Positions 21,444-31,908 of a DNA stretch of 64,000 nucleotides are shown here, piece by piece. The DNA comes from a virus (Duplodnaviria > Heunggongvirae > Uroviricota > Caudoviricetes), in the IMG/VR virus record IMGVR_UViG_3300029615_000411, positions 55,874-119,873 of that record. One strand, 5' to 3'. How positions within the stretch are numbered: position 1 is the first letter of the stretch; every line of letters starts with the position of its first letter. Made by a program: the position numbers and the translations under genes. A model generated the notes under the pieces. The model did not search any database and was not told where the DNA came from. It saw only the letters and a list, made by a program, of their open reading frames with translations.

Positions 21444-22304
21444 TTATTTTTTCAGCTTGGTTGGGTCTTGCTTTGACAGAAAATCTGCAATCATTGATTC
21501 CTGCGCTTTCTCTCGAATCGCCATGAGAATGGAACCGTATTCGCCGATATTCTTATCAGCGGCAAGGATTTTCTTCTTATCTGTTGCCAGAAGTTCTTCA
21601 TAAAGACCTTCGCCTAAAGCAGAACCGAAAATTGCCGTGATTTGTTCCTCGCGCTGCTTGTCCCAATCCTCAACTTGTTTGAGCTTATTCTTGCGGATAT
21701 AGGCATTCGTCTTTGCTGCCGTGGCTGTACTTTCGATACCAGATGTATCTTCGCCGAAAGATATACCGTATTTTACTGCTGCGATAGCGGTAAAAATATT
21801 CGAATACAGTACATCTTTATGATGAAAAGAGAATGGAGTGCGAATGTCCAGCCACTTTTCGCCGGAAATGGTTTGCTCCTGCTTATTCTTATCCTCGATA
21901 GCAAGTATCAATTTAACGAATTGCAAATACTTATTAACGATGGCGTAAGTGCGTCGCTCTAAGGAATTATCGCTACTACTCAAATCATCAGTGATTTTCA
22001 AAAGCTCATCGAGCAAATCGTCCTGAATAATATCTTGTGCAGTCTGCGAAAGAGTTTTTTCGCTATTGTTGCCAGTTGCAATACGAGCGCTTAAAGCAGC
22101 AGCTTCCGAACGAGCCTGTGTATAGGCTTCGCTAAGCCTGCTGTCGTAAGAGTTGTTTAGTCGTTCGACTTCTTCCCTATTCCAGCGAACAGATTTTTCT
22201 TCATCAAAAACATGATTCGCATCATACAAAGAAATGTTCTTGTATGCGTAAAGCGAATGGATAAAGTCATTTACTGCAATAGTCACAGAACCATTATTTT
22301 CCAA
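21444..22304 (-). CDS. Hypothetical protein
   Basis: GGAGG RBS before TTG; 286 aa ORF. Confidence 0.7.
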   Translation of the reverse strand: MENNGSVTIAVNDFIHSLYAYKNISLYDANHVFDEEKSVRWNREEVERLNNSYDSRLSEAYTQARSEAAALSARIATGNNSEKTLSQTAQDIIQDDLLDELLKITDDLSSSDNSLERRTYAIVNKYLQFVKLILAIEDKNKQEQTISGEKWLDIRTPFSFHHKDVLYSNIFTAIAAVKYGISFGEDTSGIESTATAAKTNAYIRKNKLKQVEDWDKQREEQITAIFGSALGEGLYEELLATDKKKILAADKNIGEYGSILMAIREKAQESMIADFLSKQDPTKLKK

Positions 22305-22359
22305 TTGTATCCTCCTTGAACGTCAAATTATGTTGAATAGAATTTCAGTGAAAATACTT

Positions 22360-22608
22360 TCAACATTCCACCTTGCGTACTTTGTTGTCTCCTCTGTCGA
22401 AAAATGCCTTCAACGAAGACCGCCGACCATCGGCGGGGTCGCCCATGAGCCACAGTTCTGCAGTGAGGGCACCGTCCTTAAACAGTTTATCAAGCATACG
22501 GCGACCTTTCGCAAGACCGTTGCAGATACTGTCTTCTGCATAGGTGGTATGCGTTGCTTTGTTTGCAGCATCGATAGAGTCGATACTGAACTGATATTCG
22601 TGAATCAT
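22360..22608 (-). CDS. Hypothetical protein
   Basis: AAGGA RBS. Confidence 0.65.
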   Translation of the reverse strand: MIHEYQFSIDSIDAANKATHTTYAEDSICNGLAKGRRMLDKLFKDGALTAELWLMGDPADGRRSSLKAFFDRGDNKVRKVEC

Positions 22609-22625
22609 TTTATCTTCCTTTCAAA

Positions 22626-23372
22626 TTAGCAGTTAAAATCCAAGGAATAATCCCAGTCCGTGTTGTCATCATAAATATAGGAGCGGCAAACATCCAAAAG
22701 CTTTTTTGCCTTGCTACTAAGACGGTCATACATCCACTCGACAGAAATATGCCCATCATAAGCCCGCACATTGCACGGAACAGCAAAAGTTCTCTTGTTG
22801 ATACCGAGCTTTTCTCCTGCGCCAAGCTCATAAGCAATATCCATCATCTCAACGATGCCGATACCCTGCAAATCTTCCTCAGACCATCCACTTTCTTCAC
22901 AAAGGAAATAGACAAGATTGTCATAAAAAAGCTGTCCCATATAGGTATCGTAGTCATCATCATCATCGAAAACAGAATCATAGAGGTCAAGGCAAATATC
23001 AGACTGCATATAATCCGCCAACTTGCTATTCGCGGCTTCAATACGGCGACGCTCGCGAGGATGCTTGCAGTGATAACTGTTGCTCTTATCTTCCTTCTTC
23101 ACACGACCGTGAGAACTTTTAAATTTTGCGTAGCCGTCCTTGTACGTCTTGCGCAGAATACCATCGTTTTTTGATGTGGTGTCGAACTTTTCTGCCATCA
23201 CATCACGACGATGACGCTGCGCACGAAACGCATTCTTGCGGCGCTGACTGCGTTTACCTTTGCGAGAAAAATAGTTCTCCAAGGCTTCACTGGGAGATGC
23301 ATCACGAACATTAGGGTCGCTAAGCATATGGGTTTCCAGACCAATCATAAGAGAATCAAAATCAAAAAACAT
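22626..23372 (-). CDS. Hypothetical protein (basic N-terminus, acidic C-terminus)
   Basis: AAGGAG RBS before MFFDF. Confidence 0.7.
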   Translation of the reverse strand: MFFDFDSLMIGLETHMLSDPNVRDASPSEALENYFSRKGKRSQRRKNAFRAQRHRRDVMAEKFDTTSKNDGILRKTYKDGYAKFKSSHGRVKKEDKSNSYHCKHPRERRRIEAANSKLADYMQSDICLDLYDSVFDDDDDYDTYMGQLFYDNLVYFLCEESGWSEEDLQGIGIVEMMDIAYELGAGEKLGINKRTFAVPCNVRAYDGHISVEWMYDRLSSKAKKLLDVCRSYIYDDNTDWDYSLDFNC

Positions 23373-23392
23373 ATATTTTACTCTCCTTTGCA

Positions 23393-23503
23393 TAAAAAAA
23401 TATGCCGCCACCCCTTGTGAGATAGCGACATATCGATTTTTAATTTGTAGTGATTTTTATTTTTTGGATACTCACAGTATATCTACTTTGCAGCAAAAAG
23501 CAA
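23393..23503 (-). promoter_or_regulatory. Class I promoter-leader-terminator cassette
   Basis: TTGCTT-N16-TATACT; AAAATCGATA then hairpin 23401-23432 plus T-tract. Confidence 0.8.
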
Positions 23504-23540
23504 ACGCCCGACCCTAATGGGCCGAGCGCTTGTAGTGGAA

Positions 23541-23810
23541 TCAAATGTAAGGAAGAACATCGTCGCCGATGGCATCGCGAATCTTCTGCGCCATTTTCAC
23601 GGCACTTTCGTTGCGGTCATCGTACAGACCTTTGTCTCCAGCTTCGGCCATCTTAGCAATAGTCTTCAAAGACATACGCATCCAATTCTGCTGCAGGGTA
23701 CGGTGTCCCCGGCAGATAGTTTCGGCGTAAGCCTCATTGTCAAAGCCAAAATTGCCGATTTCGTTAAGTGTTTCGCTTGCAAGCTTTACTGCGCTGCTGT
23801 TTTTATCCAT
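23541..23810 (-). CDS. Hypothetical protein
   Basis: GGAG RBS. Confidence 0.7.
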   Translation of the reverse strand: MDKNSSAVKLASETLNEIGNFGFDNEAYAETICRGHRTLQQNWMRMSLKTIAKMAEAGDKGLYDDRNESAVKMAQKIRDAIGDDVLPYI

Positions 23811-23825
23811 AGAGATTTTCTCCTA

Positions 23826-24032
23826 TCACTGAGTAATCAAATCGCGAGGAATCTCTTCTCCGCAATTCGAACAGGTAAAGATATCATCAGGGTCAGGAGT
23901 GTGCAATACTTCGTCACACTCGGTTTTAGACTCTACGAAGTCACCGTCCTGATTGATGAGCCACGTCTGCGTCACATGAGCAGTTGCAAGGTATTCGCAG
24001 CAGCCGCATTTAGGACAAGGTTTGATTTTCAT
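23826..24032 (-). CDS. Small zinc-ribbon protein
   Basis: CPKCG...CSNCG. Confidence 0.75.
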   Translation of the reverse strand: MKIKPCPKCGCCEYLATAHVTQTWLINQDGDFVESKTECDEVLHTPDPDDIFTCSNCGEEIPRDLITQ

Positions 24033-24047
24033 AAATATGTTCTCCTC

Positions 24048-24647
24048 TCAGCACTTATCGATGTAAGTGGCGAACATGTCCGCCACATGGGTAAGGAACA
24101 CAAGCGGGCTGTATGTAAATGCACTGGAAATGCCGCCGACATCACTGCTCATCAGGTTGGCAAAACCCATATGACAGTTGATAGCAGAAGCCTCTTCGTC
24201 GGTCAGCTTTACAAACTTCTCAACGAGATGCATTGACTTACTGCCGTGGCCGCCAAACGGGAGCACTTCTTCCCATGCAAAGAAAGGAACCTTTTCCCAC
24301 TGACCAGTCTGTTCGTTCTTTACGTTACGGGTACTGGTCTTGTAGCAGTTTGCCTTGCAGACATCATGGAACAACGCAACAAGTGTGAGCGTTTCTTTCG
24401 TATACTGACCGGGGTAAAGTCCTTCTGCCAATTTGTTCAGCCACTTCCCGACATTCAGGCTGTGCTGACACAAACCACCTTCATAGGAACCATGAAATCT
24501 GGTGGAGGCGGGAGCTTCAAAAAAATCGGTAGAACCGAGCCAATCCATGAGGTCATTGATGCCGTCACGCTTGATGTACGTTTCAACGACCTTGTAAAAC
24601 TTGGCAGCGTTCTTTTTGGTGTCGATAACGGGAGCATTATTATCCAT
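24048..24647 (-). CDS. HD-domain phosphohydrolase
   Basis: APASTRFH...GGLCQHS...LFHDVCK...HG...HMG...HVAD. Confidence 0.9.
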   Translation of the reverse strand: MDNNAPVIDTKKNAAKFYKVVETYIKRDGINDLMDWLGSTDFFEAPASTRFHGSYEGGLCQHSLNVGKWLNKLAEGLYPGQYTKETLTLVALFHDVCKANCYKTSTRNVKNEQTGQWEKVPFFAWEEVLPFGGHGSKSMHLVEKFVKLTDEEASAINCHMGFANLMSSDVGGISSAFTYSPLVFLTHVADMFATYIDKC

Positions 24648-24660
24648 TGTTATTTCTCCT

Positions 24661-25431
24661 TTAGGTGTTATAAGGTTTGATTTCTCCGTTGATGATTTCT
24701 TTATGAACCATTCGCCCGTTGTCATCTACGCCAAAGTGGACATAGTTTCGAGTTGGGGAATCGTACAAAGGAAATCGGATTTTACGGCTTTTGACACGGT
24801 ATGTTCCGAAGCAGTTCTTCTCAAAGCATTCCGTATCAAACAAAATTGTGATTTTTTCTTCCGGAATATAAAAACTGGAAGAAATCCACTTAAAAGCGTC
24901 TTTCGTTTCCATAATTTTCTCACAGTCAATTAAGAGAGCCTCATAATCAGACTGTGGGAAAGAAGAGCCAAAATCGGTGGTTGGATTCCACACAGACGCC
25001 TTCTCCTCCAATCGTTTGAACATAGAAAGGTTTTTCTTTAAATCCCGCAACTGCATCTCAGTGCCGGTACAGGTATCTTTGAGAGAAGTAAAAACATCCA
25101 TCTCTCGTTTGGCTTCTTCTTTTGTTTCAAAAACAGTAACATTAAGAAGCTGCCGTTCGAGATAAAGGCTATATTTGCTAACTCCGTTTTCATCAGGAAT
25201 CGAAACGGCAACATTGGCAAAGCATGCAGGAAGCCATCCTTTAGAAGGGCCCTGCGAAACGGGTACGGTTTCAATCTGTATCGTTTGGATACTTCCTTTA
25301 TAAATGGCGTTGCGTACATTAGATGCCGTATAAATACGACCATTCCTATTGAATTTACGAGTCTCAGTGAATACCCAGACAGGTTTATCGATGAGACTTA
25401 CGATGCTAGAGGCATCAATATCGGCAAACAT
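24661..25431 (-). CDS. Hypothetical protein
   Basis: 256 aa ORF in operon. Confidence 0.7.
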   Translation of the reverse strand: MFADIDASSIVSLIDKPVWVFTETRKFNRNGRIYTASNVRNAIYKGSIQTIQIETVPVSQGPSKGWLPACFANVAVSIPDENGVSKYSLYLERQLLNVTVFETKEEAKREMDVFTSLKDTCTGTEMQLRDLKKNLSMFKRLEEKASVWNPTTDFGSSFPQSDYEALLIDCEKIMETKDAFKWISSSFYIPEEKITILFDTECFEKNCFGTYRVKSRKIRFPLYDSPTRNYVHFGVDDNGRMVHKEIINGEIKPYNT

Positions 25432-25585
25432 TTTTCTCTACTTCCTTTCGCAAAATCACGCATAAGCAGCATTGGGGCTTATACTGTTGTTGATTCCCAG
25501 ACAACTATTGCTGTCTGACGATTATATCTACTTTTGGGCTGTCTTGATGTAGTATAAATTACAGCGAAAACACATCCTTTCTAAA

Positions 25586-25694
25586 GCAAAAATACCGCTA
25601 TCTCATAGCAAGATAGCGGTATATCGATTTTGAATGCTTATTGCTTTTTATTTTTTAGATGTTTTCAGTATAACTACTTTGCAGCAGATAGCAA
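25586..25694 (-). promoter_or_regulatory. Class I promoter-leader-terminator cassette
   Basis: TTGCTA-N16-TATACT; TTCAAAATCGAT-ATACCGCTATCT/AGATAGCGGTAT-TTTT. Confidence 0.85.
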
Positions 25695-25701
25695 GATACT
25701 T

Positions 25702-26160
25702 TCAGAAATGGTACATCTCGTCTACCTTAATTTCGTCTCGCACCTGCATCAGGATTTTGCCGAGCTTGTTCCGTCCCTTGATGTACTGGCACTTAGGACA
25801 CGAACAGTCGCCCCAGATGTTGTCGTGCCATCCGGTAGTATCTTCGACAAGTTCTTCGTCTTCGGTGGACAATAGAATTTGCCGAAGGTTCTCGTTCTTA
25901 GAAAACTTGGCATAAACAACTTTGTGCATGGCTTCATCCCGGACATCGTCCCAATCGGCAGGCAATGGAACATGGCGGCCGAGATGTTTTGCAGCAGATG
26001 GCGTACAGAAGATGAAATCACGGCGCTTTTCTAAAGGAACTTTTTGTGCCTGAAACGCAGCTTCTGCACTCCTAAATTGCATTCCATCAACGGCGACGGT
26101 GCAAGGATAAAAATTGCTAAAGCAATTATAAGGACGAACATCTTTTCTAAAACGAATCAT
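25702..26160 (-). CDS. NADAR (YbiA-like) family protein
   Basis: FSNFYP, SAEAAFQAQK, AKHLGR, WD.VR...M, LLST...LVE, WHDNIWG, GRNKLGKILM. Confidence 0.92.
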   Translation of the reverse strand: MIRFRKDVRPYNCFSNFYPCTVAVDGMQFRSAEAAFQAQKVPLEKRRDFIFCTPSAAKHLGRHVPLPADWDDVRDEAMHKVVYAKFSKNENLRQILLSTEDEELVEDTTGWHDNIWGDCSCPKCQYIKGRNKLGKILMQVRDEIKVDEMYHF

Positions 26161-26339
26161 AAATCCTCCGTTTTTTCTTGATTTACTATAGAATAGGAGG
26201 TATAATATAAATATAAATTGCGGTATGTGTTTGCGGACACATACTTGGGGAGAATCGGGAAACTGGTTCTCCCCTTTTTATTATAATGCAAAAAAAGACA
26301 TTGGACTTTCTGTCACAAAGCACAATGCCTTTTTATTTT

Positions 26340-26612
26340 TTACTTCTTAAAAACGTCAGGGATTTTTCCAATGACGTCTTTCACAATATCATTGATGCTG
26401 TTTGCATTATAGCTTTCTATGAAAGCATCAATTACAGCAATAGCCCTGCGTTTTTTATAACTTTTAAATCGCAAAAACTCTGCGATATACGCAATAGCCC
26501 TTGCTGCAATAAAAGCTATGATAATACCAGCAGCTAACCATGGGTTAATTTCTACGGCCGCTATATTGCTTGTGAGCAAAACAGCCAATAACCCTGCTGA
26601 TATTGTTTTCAT
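26340..26612 (-). CDS. Small membrane protein
   Basis: Two hydrophobic segments. Confidence 0.55.
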   Translation of the reverse strand: MKTISAGLLAVLLTSNIAAVEINPWLAAGIIIAFIAARAIAYIAEFLRFKSYKKRRAIAVIDAFIESYNANSINDIVKDVIGKIPDVFKK

Positions 26613-26755
26613 TTCCCCAAAGCCTTTTCCAAGCAACTAAGCGATACGCTCTACTGCCTCAAAATTCTTATTTCTCCTCAAAACCTTATTAAATTTCTAC
26701 AGCATAATTCTTATCTCCTTCTCTTTTGATATATTGTGTATTTATGATAACGGGA

Positions 26756-27103
26756 TTAGTCCGGCAAGATTATCCCACCGTGTTTTGCGATGATAGCATC
26801 GACAACCTCAACAGGCACGTAGCCATACGTCGAAGAATCGTCCCAGTCTTCGTACTCAGAGAGGCTTTCTTCCGGAGAAGAAAGACAACCGAGTTCGACA
26901 GACTTGTAGATGCCATTTTCGCCCTTCTCGCAGTGATGTGCAGAGGATGCCTGAATGGACAGGCCGAATCCATCATCGCACTTCGCGATAGGACGAGGTG
27001 AAAGGCTTGCCATCTGCATCAACAAGGCGAACATGTCGTTGCTGGCGGCAGGAGCCTTCTTCTCGGTAGCGTTGAGATAGTCCACAGTGTTCATGACTTT
27101 CAT
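26756..27103 (-). CDS. Hypothetical phage-type protein
   Basis: GGAGG RBS; C.DGF.LS.QAS..HHC...YGYVPVE...HGG. Confidence 0.7.
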   Translation of the reverse strand: MKVMNTVDYLNATEKKAPAASNDMFALLMQMASLSPRPIAKCDDGFGLSIQASSAHHCEKGENGIYKSVELGCLSSPEESLSEYEDWDDSSTYGYVPVEVVDAIIAKHGGIILPD

Positions 27104-27107
27104 ACTT

Positions 27108-27578
27108 TTACCCTCCATTTTTACAAATTGGGCAAATGTTATTTCCATACCCAACCGCTCGTTCCATAGCACGAACACTGGTTACAAACTCCTGCTTACA
27201 ATCAGGACAAATAAAAAACGCACGTCTGGATGAGCGAGCAGGAATATCGTGAGGGGCATAATCGTTTTTGACACTCCACATTGGAACGACCTTAGGACAA
27301 ACTGTTTCCAAATCATTGATGCCGGGAACAACTTTTCGGCCAGCGCAAACAGGGCAGCCAGTAGTGCCTTGTTTAGCAGACCTGACAACATTACAGATTC
27401 GTGCTTCAAATTCCTGTTTACAATCAGGGCACACAAAGATTGCCCTTTTGTTACTGTTTGCAGACACCTCGTGTGTTGAATAATTGTTTTTGGCACTCCA
27501 CATGGAAGCAACTTTCGGACAAACTGTCATCAAATCAGAGCCTTTGCAAATTTTTTCACAACTTTTTTCGTAAGTCAT
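27108..27578 (-). CDS. Tandem zinc-ribbon protein (DUF4379-like)
   Basis: Two units of W..KN...CPDCKQEF...CP.C. Confidence 0.8.
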   Translation of the reverse strand: MTYEKSCEKICKGSDLMTVCPKVASMWSAKNNYSTHEVSANSNKRAIFVCPDCKQEFEARICNVVRSAKQGTTGCPVCAGRKVVPGINDLETVCPKVVPMWSVKNDYAPHDIPARSSRRAFFICPDCKQEFVTSVRAMERAVGYGNNICPICKNGG

Positions 27579-27606
27579 ATTGACTACCTTCCTTTCTTTT
27601 TTTTGC

Positions 27607-27749
27607 AAACAAAAAACAGCCACTATTTTCTCCATAGAGAAAATAGCGACTGTCTAATGTCGATTACGATTTTCTAACCCTGTTATGGGTTAGTAGTGAG
27701 TTTTATTTTTAGTATGAACTAAGTATATGTACTTTGCAGCAAAACACAA
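27607..27749 (-). promoter_or_regulatory. Class I promoter-leader-terminator cassette
   Basis: TTGTGT-N16-TATACT; hairpin 27616-27653 plus TTTTTGT. Confidence 0.8.
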
Positions 27750-27779
27750 TAGCTATTCACAAGTGGCTCAGTTTGGAAA

Positions 27780-28277
27780 TCAATTAGTTTCTTCAGGCGT
27801 TGCTTGCATATCGGTGTTTTCTACCAAAGATGCACTACTCGCAACAGCAGTATTGGTTTCGTTTATGGGCATCACATACTTATGACTAAGAGCAAGAGCA
27901 ATTAACGCAATGATAACAACAGCAACCAAAGTAGCGAACAAAATCACAAAGACAGGACTCATGGGTTTAACAACAGCAATATATGCGTTTTCTCCTTCGA
28001 CAGGAATATAGCCTACAATTTTGAGACTGTTTTTGTTATAGACATCAAAAGGTATTCTATCATTACCTTTGCCAAGATAAATACAATTTTTTTGAATGCC
28101 GGTAAAGTCGCCCTGTTCAACATCAACATAGCCGACTATCTTGATTTCGTTTTTATTGAGCTCTTTCGGCTTGATGACAGCAAGTCTTTCCTGCAAAGCC
28201 ACAAAAAACAGGTCTTTGGTCTTTAGACCTTCCGGTATACTGCGCCTATAAAGTTCGATGGGGGTCTTTATTGCCAT
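27780..28277 (-). CDS. Membrane-anchored hypothetical protein
   Basis: Single TM helix near C-terminus. Confidence 0.7.
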   Translation of the reverse strand: MAIKTPIELYRRSIPEGLKTKDLFFVALQERLAVIKPKELNKNEIKIVGYVDVEQGDFTGIQKNCIYLGKGNDRIPFDVYNKNSLKIVGYIPVEGENAYIAVVKPMSPVFVILFATLVAVVIIALIALALSHKYVMPINETNTAVASSASLVENTDMQATPEETN

Positions 28278-28384
28278 ATGTACACTTCCTTTTGTTTATT
28301 CTACAACCTGTTTTTTCTTATTTCAGATAGACAGGCTATATTTCAGGTATAGTTGTAGATTTACACCTTTTATATTGTTTTTCT

Positions 28385-28414
28385 CAAGTATATTCACCTT
28401 GCAGCAAAACGCAA
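28385..28414 (-). promoter_or_regulatory. Class I promoter (variant TGCTGCAAGGT)
   Basis: TTGCGT-TTTGCTGCAAGGTGAA-TATACT. Confidence 0.7.
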
Positions 28415-28443
28415 TAGCCTCTGCCATGAGGCGGGTAAATTCT

Positions 28444-28595
28444 TTGATACACTTCTATTCCCTGTTTCATTTATAATATAATTGTAGATTTTCGCTTGTT
28501 TTTGACATACATTTTCTCTTTATTTACGATATAATTGTAAATTTCTGCCCATTTCTTGACACGTACTTTTCCCTTATTAACAATATAATTGTAGA
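28444..28595. repeat. Three degenerate ~55-bp tandem units
   Basis: TTGA(C/T)A-N22-TATAAT...TGTA at 28444, 28502 and 28556. Confidence 0.7.
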
Positions 28596-28795
28596 AAAAA
28601 CCAGAATATACCATTCGTGGCAATAAATAGCGCATAGTTTGATTGCTTTTTACGCAAAAAAGAACCGCCCCTGCGTTTATGCAGAGGCGGCAATTTAATG
28701 ATAGGACGAGAAAAAATGATACTACGAATTTAGTTTGATAGAACTAAATCACGGTTGCTTTTGGTTGTAGTAGTTAAAATAACAACCAATAGTTG

Positions 28796-31018
28796 TTAAA
28801 GGTGCATTACACGCTCGGCAATTTCCTGCGTACGCCCCTGGTTCCAGTATTGCGTTCCGATGTAGCCGCAGGTGCGACGAGCAACATTCATCTTGTGCTG
28901 GTCACGGTTGTGGCAATGCGGGCATTCCCAAACGAGCTTGCCGTTATCTTTCACAATCTGGATTTCGCCATCGTAACCGCAGACCTGACAGTAGTCACTC
29001 TTAGTGTTCAGCTCTGCGTACATGATGTGGTCGTAGATGAACTGCATGACAGCGATAACAGCTTCAAGGTTATCCTGCATGTTAGGAACCTCAACATAGC
29101 TGATAGCACCGCCCGGAGACAGGCGCTGGAATTCGCTCTCAAAAGCCAGCTTGCTGAACGCATCAATCTTCTCCCGCACATTGACGTGGTAGGAGTTGGT
29201 GATGTATTCATGGTCGGTAACATCCTTGATGATACCGAAGCGCTTCTGCAAGCACTTGGCGAATTTGTAGGTCGTGGACTCCAGCGGCGTGCCATAGAGA
29301 GAGTAGTCGATGTTTTCGGCTGCCTTCCACTCATTGCACTTGTCGTTCATATGCTGCATAACCTTCAAGGCAAAAGGCTTCACGGCAGGGTCAGTGTGGC
29401 TCTTGCCGTACATTGCCATGCAGCACTCGTACAGACCTGCGTAACCAAGGCTAATAGTAGAATAGCCGTTGTAGAGCAGCTTGTCAATAGTCTCACCCTT
29501 TTTAAGGCGAGCCAACGCACCATACTGCCACAGAATAGGAGCCACATCGGAGAGTGTACCCTTCAGGCGCTTATGACGGCACTGCAATGCACGATGGCAC
29601 AAATCCAAACGCTCATCAAAGATACGCCAGAAAGCATCTTCATCCTTATTTGCGGAAAGCGCAACATCAACGAGATTGATTGTGACAACGCCCTGATTGA
29701 AACGACCATAATATTTCGGCTTGCCATCATAATTTTTGGCGTTTGCAACGTTATCCCAGCCATTACCGGTACGGTCAGGGGTCAGGAAGCTTCTGCAACC
29801 CATGCAGGTATACACATCGCCGTTTCCTTCTGTCTCCCCTTTGGACAGCTTGTACTCGCGCATTTTCTTTTCGCTGATATAATCAGGAACCATGCGACGT
29901 GCAGTACATTTTGCGGCCATCTTTGTAAGATAGTAGTAAGGCTGTCCTTCTTTGATGTTATCATCCTCCAACACATAAATCAGTTTCGGGAATGCGGGAG
30001 TGATGTAGACACCAGTTTCGTTCTTAACGCCCTCATAGCGCTGGCAAAGCATCTCTTCAATGCACATAGCAAGGTCGTGCTTCAGAACCTCGTCCTTCCC
30101 TGCTTCATTCAAATACATGAATACAGTGATGAACGGAGCCTGTCCGTTGGTGGTCATAAGAGTAATGACCTGATACTGAATCGTCTGAATGCCGGAACGC
30201 ACTTCTTTACGAAGGCGGCTGTTAACAATTTCGTTGCGCTGATACTCTGTCAAATTTAGATGCAGCTCAGCATTTTCTTTGTCAACCTCTTTGCCGATTG
30301 CTTTACGGCTTACATCAACAAATTTGGCAAGGTGAGTAAGGCTGATACTCTGACCGCCGTACTGGCAAGATGCAACCTGCGCAATAATCTGGGTGGCAAT
30401 GTTGCAAGCAGTAGAGAAGCGATGTGGACGCTCAATCAGAGTGCCGGAAATCACCGTGCCGTTTTGCAACATGTCATCGAGGTTGAGCAGGTCGCAGTTG
30501 TGCATATGTTGGGCATAGTAATCAGCATCGTGGAAATGGATAATACCCGCGTTGTGAGCCTCGACGATATCTTTCGGCAAAAGCATACGCATGGTAAGGT
30601 CTTTACTTACCTCACCTGCCATATAATCTCGCTGAACAGAAACGACCTGAGGATTCTTATTGGAATTCTCCTGCTTGACCTCTTCGTTCTTGTACTCAAT
30701 CAAAGACAGGATTCTGTCATCGGTGGTATTATGTTGGCGCATGGCATCATGCGTATACCGATACTTGATATAAGCACGAGCCACCTCATGATATCCACTG
30801 TCCATCAGAACATTTTCAACGATATCCTGAACTTCCTGAACGGTAGGCGTGTGACCAAGGTTTTCGCAGGCAGCTACAGCCTGTGCGGTATAGGCCGGAA
30901 TATAGTTTTCCGGGAACTGCTTGTCTTTTGTTACGCTGCCATTGGCTTTCCCAATCGCAACACTGATTTTCTTGGGGTTAAACTCCTGCTCTTCGCCGGA
31001 ACGTTTGATAATACGCAT
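28796..31018 (-). CDS. nrdD: Anaerobic (class III) ribonucleoside-triphosphate reductase
   Basis: N-terminal ATP cone, IHFHD, MGCRSFL, TNSYHV, CQVC/CPHC Zn site, RRTCGY glycyl-radical motif. Confidence 0.97.
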   Translation of the reverse strand: MRIIKRSGEEQEFNPKKISVAIGKANGSVTKDKQFPENYIPAYTAQAVAACENLGHTPTVQEVQDIVENVLMDSGYHEVARAYIKYRYTHDAMRQHNTTDDRILSLIEYKNEEVKQENSNKNPQVVSVQRDYMAGEVSKDLTMRMLLPKDIVEAHNAGIIHFHDADYYAQHMHNCDLLNLDDMLQNGTVISGTLIERPHRFSTACNIATQIIAQVASCQYGGQSISLTHLAKFVDVSRKAIGKEVDKENAELHLNLTEYQRNEIVNSRLRKEVRSGIQTIQYQVITLMTTNGQAPFITVFMYLNEAGKDEVLKHDLAMCIEEMLCQRYEGVKNETGVYITPAFPKLIYVLEDDNIKEGQPYYYLTKMAAKCTARRMVPDYISEKKMREYKLSKGETEGNGDVYTCMGCRSFLTPDRTGNGWDNVANAKNYDGKPKYYGRFNQGVVTINLVDVALSANKDEDAFWRIFDERLDLCHRALQCRHKRLKGTLSDVAPILWQYGALARLKKGETIDKLLYNGYSTISLGYAGLYECCMAMYGKSHTDPAVKPFALKVMQHMNDKCNEWKAAENIDYSLYGTPLESTTYKFAKCLQKRFGIIKDVTDHEYITNSYHVNVREKIDAFSKLAFESEFQRLSPGGAISYVEVPNMQDNLEAVIAVMQFIYDHIMYAELNTKSDYCQVCGYDGEIQIVKDNGKLVWECPHCHNRDQHKMNVARRTCGYIGTQYWNQGRTQEIAERVMHL

Positions 31019-31049
31019 ATTAGCGTCTCCTTTCGTTTTAAACGTTGAT

Positions 31050-31179
31050 ACAAAAAAAGCGCTGCGTTTTTATTTCACGCAGCGCATTCAAATACGACGT
31101 ATTTAGAATGGCTCAAAAGAACTAAATACATTCTATTTGTCGTATATCTATATTGTATTAACTTTGCAGCAAACCGCAA
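31050..31179 (-). promoter_or_regulatory. Class I promoter-leader-terminator cassette upstream of nrdD
   Basis: TTGCGG-N16-TACAAT; hairpin GCGCTGCG/CGCAGCGC plus T7. Confidence 0.8.
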
Positions 31180-31181
31180 TA

Positions 31182-31859
31182 TCAGAATGCCACTATTTTA
31201 GGCCCTCCAACAATCTTAATCAACGGTTCGTCTGTGACCTTTAACATACCGCACTCGTAACGGCTGCAGCTTTCCAGAACTTTAACCATCTCATATGCGA
31301 GTTTGCTGTTATAGGCATTATCAGCATTTGCGATGCCGAAATTCCCATTCCAGCCAAGACGCATTTCTTTCAGTTTTGGAATCAACAAATCCCGCGTTTG
31401 TGCAACACCTACGCCATTCCAACGAGCATCATGGTTTGCTTTCAGAACGAGGTCGTAATTGGATTCGACTCCGTTATCTGGAACATCCAATTGTTCATAA
31501 ATTACGAAAAACTGCCCCATAAGCAATCTTGAATAGGTGTCCAAAACAGTAGAAACGATTCGCCATTCTTTTTCTTCAAGGTCGACTTCATAGGCGTACG
31601 GTTTCTGAGTGACGTCTGCTTTGTTCAGCACTACCTTTCGAGAGATGAATACAATGTTATTCACCATTGCAGGAACGGGTGCTGTAATAGGCAACGAATC
31701 GAAAATGCCGATTGCTTTTTTAATATCTTCCTCAGGTGCGCCATAGGTCTTTCCGATTTCGAAGCAAATGTCAGTATAGTTATTATTATAAAAGGATTTC
31801 ATGACCTTAAAAACATGATTTAAAAAATCATAATGCTTGGCAGTAAACTGAACAACCAC
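31182..31859 (-). CDS. Hypothetical protein
   Basis: 225 aa ORF. Confidence 0.7.
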   Translation of the reverse strand: MVVQFTAKHYDFLNHVFKVMKSFYNNNYTDICFEIGKTYGAPEEDIKKAIGIFDSLPITAPVPAMVNNIVFISRKVVLNKADVTQKPYAYEVDLEEKEWRIVSTVLDTYSRLLMGQFFVIYEQLDVPDNGVESNYDLVLKANHDARWNGVGVAQTRDLLIPKLKEMRLGWNGNFGIANADNAYNSKLAYEMVKVLESCSRYECGMLKVTDEPLIKIVGGPKIVAF

Positions 31860-31908
31860 AAAATCACTCTCGCTTTCTTATATGTTTTTGGAATAATTCG
31901 GAAGGACT

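Noticed and set aside
28444..28595. Cas12a-type CRISPR array (TTGTAGAT)
   Set aside because: No TCTAC/GTAGA hairpin in the units, and the intervening sequences resemble each other rather than being unique spacers.
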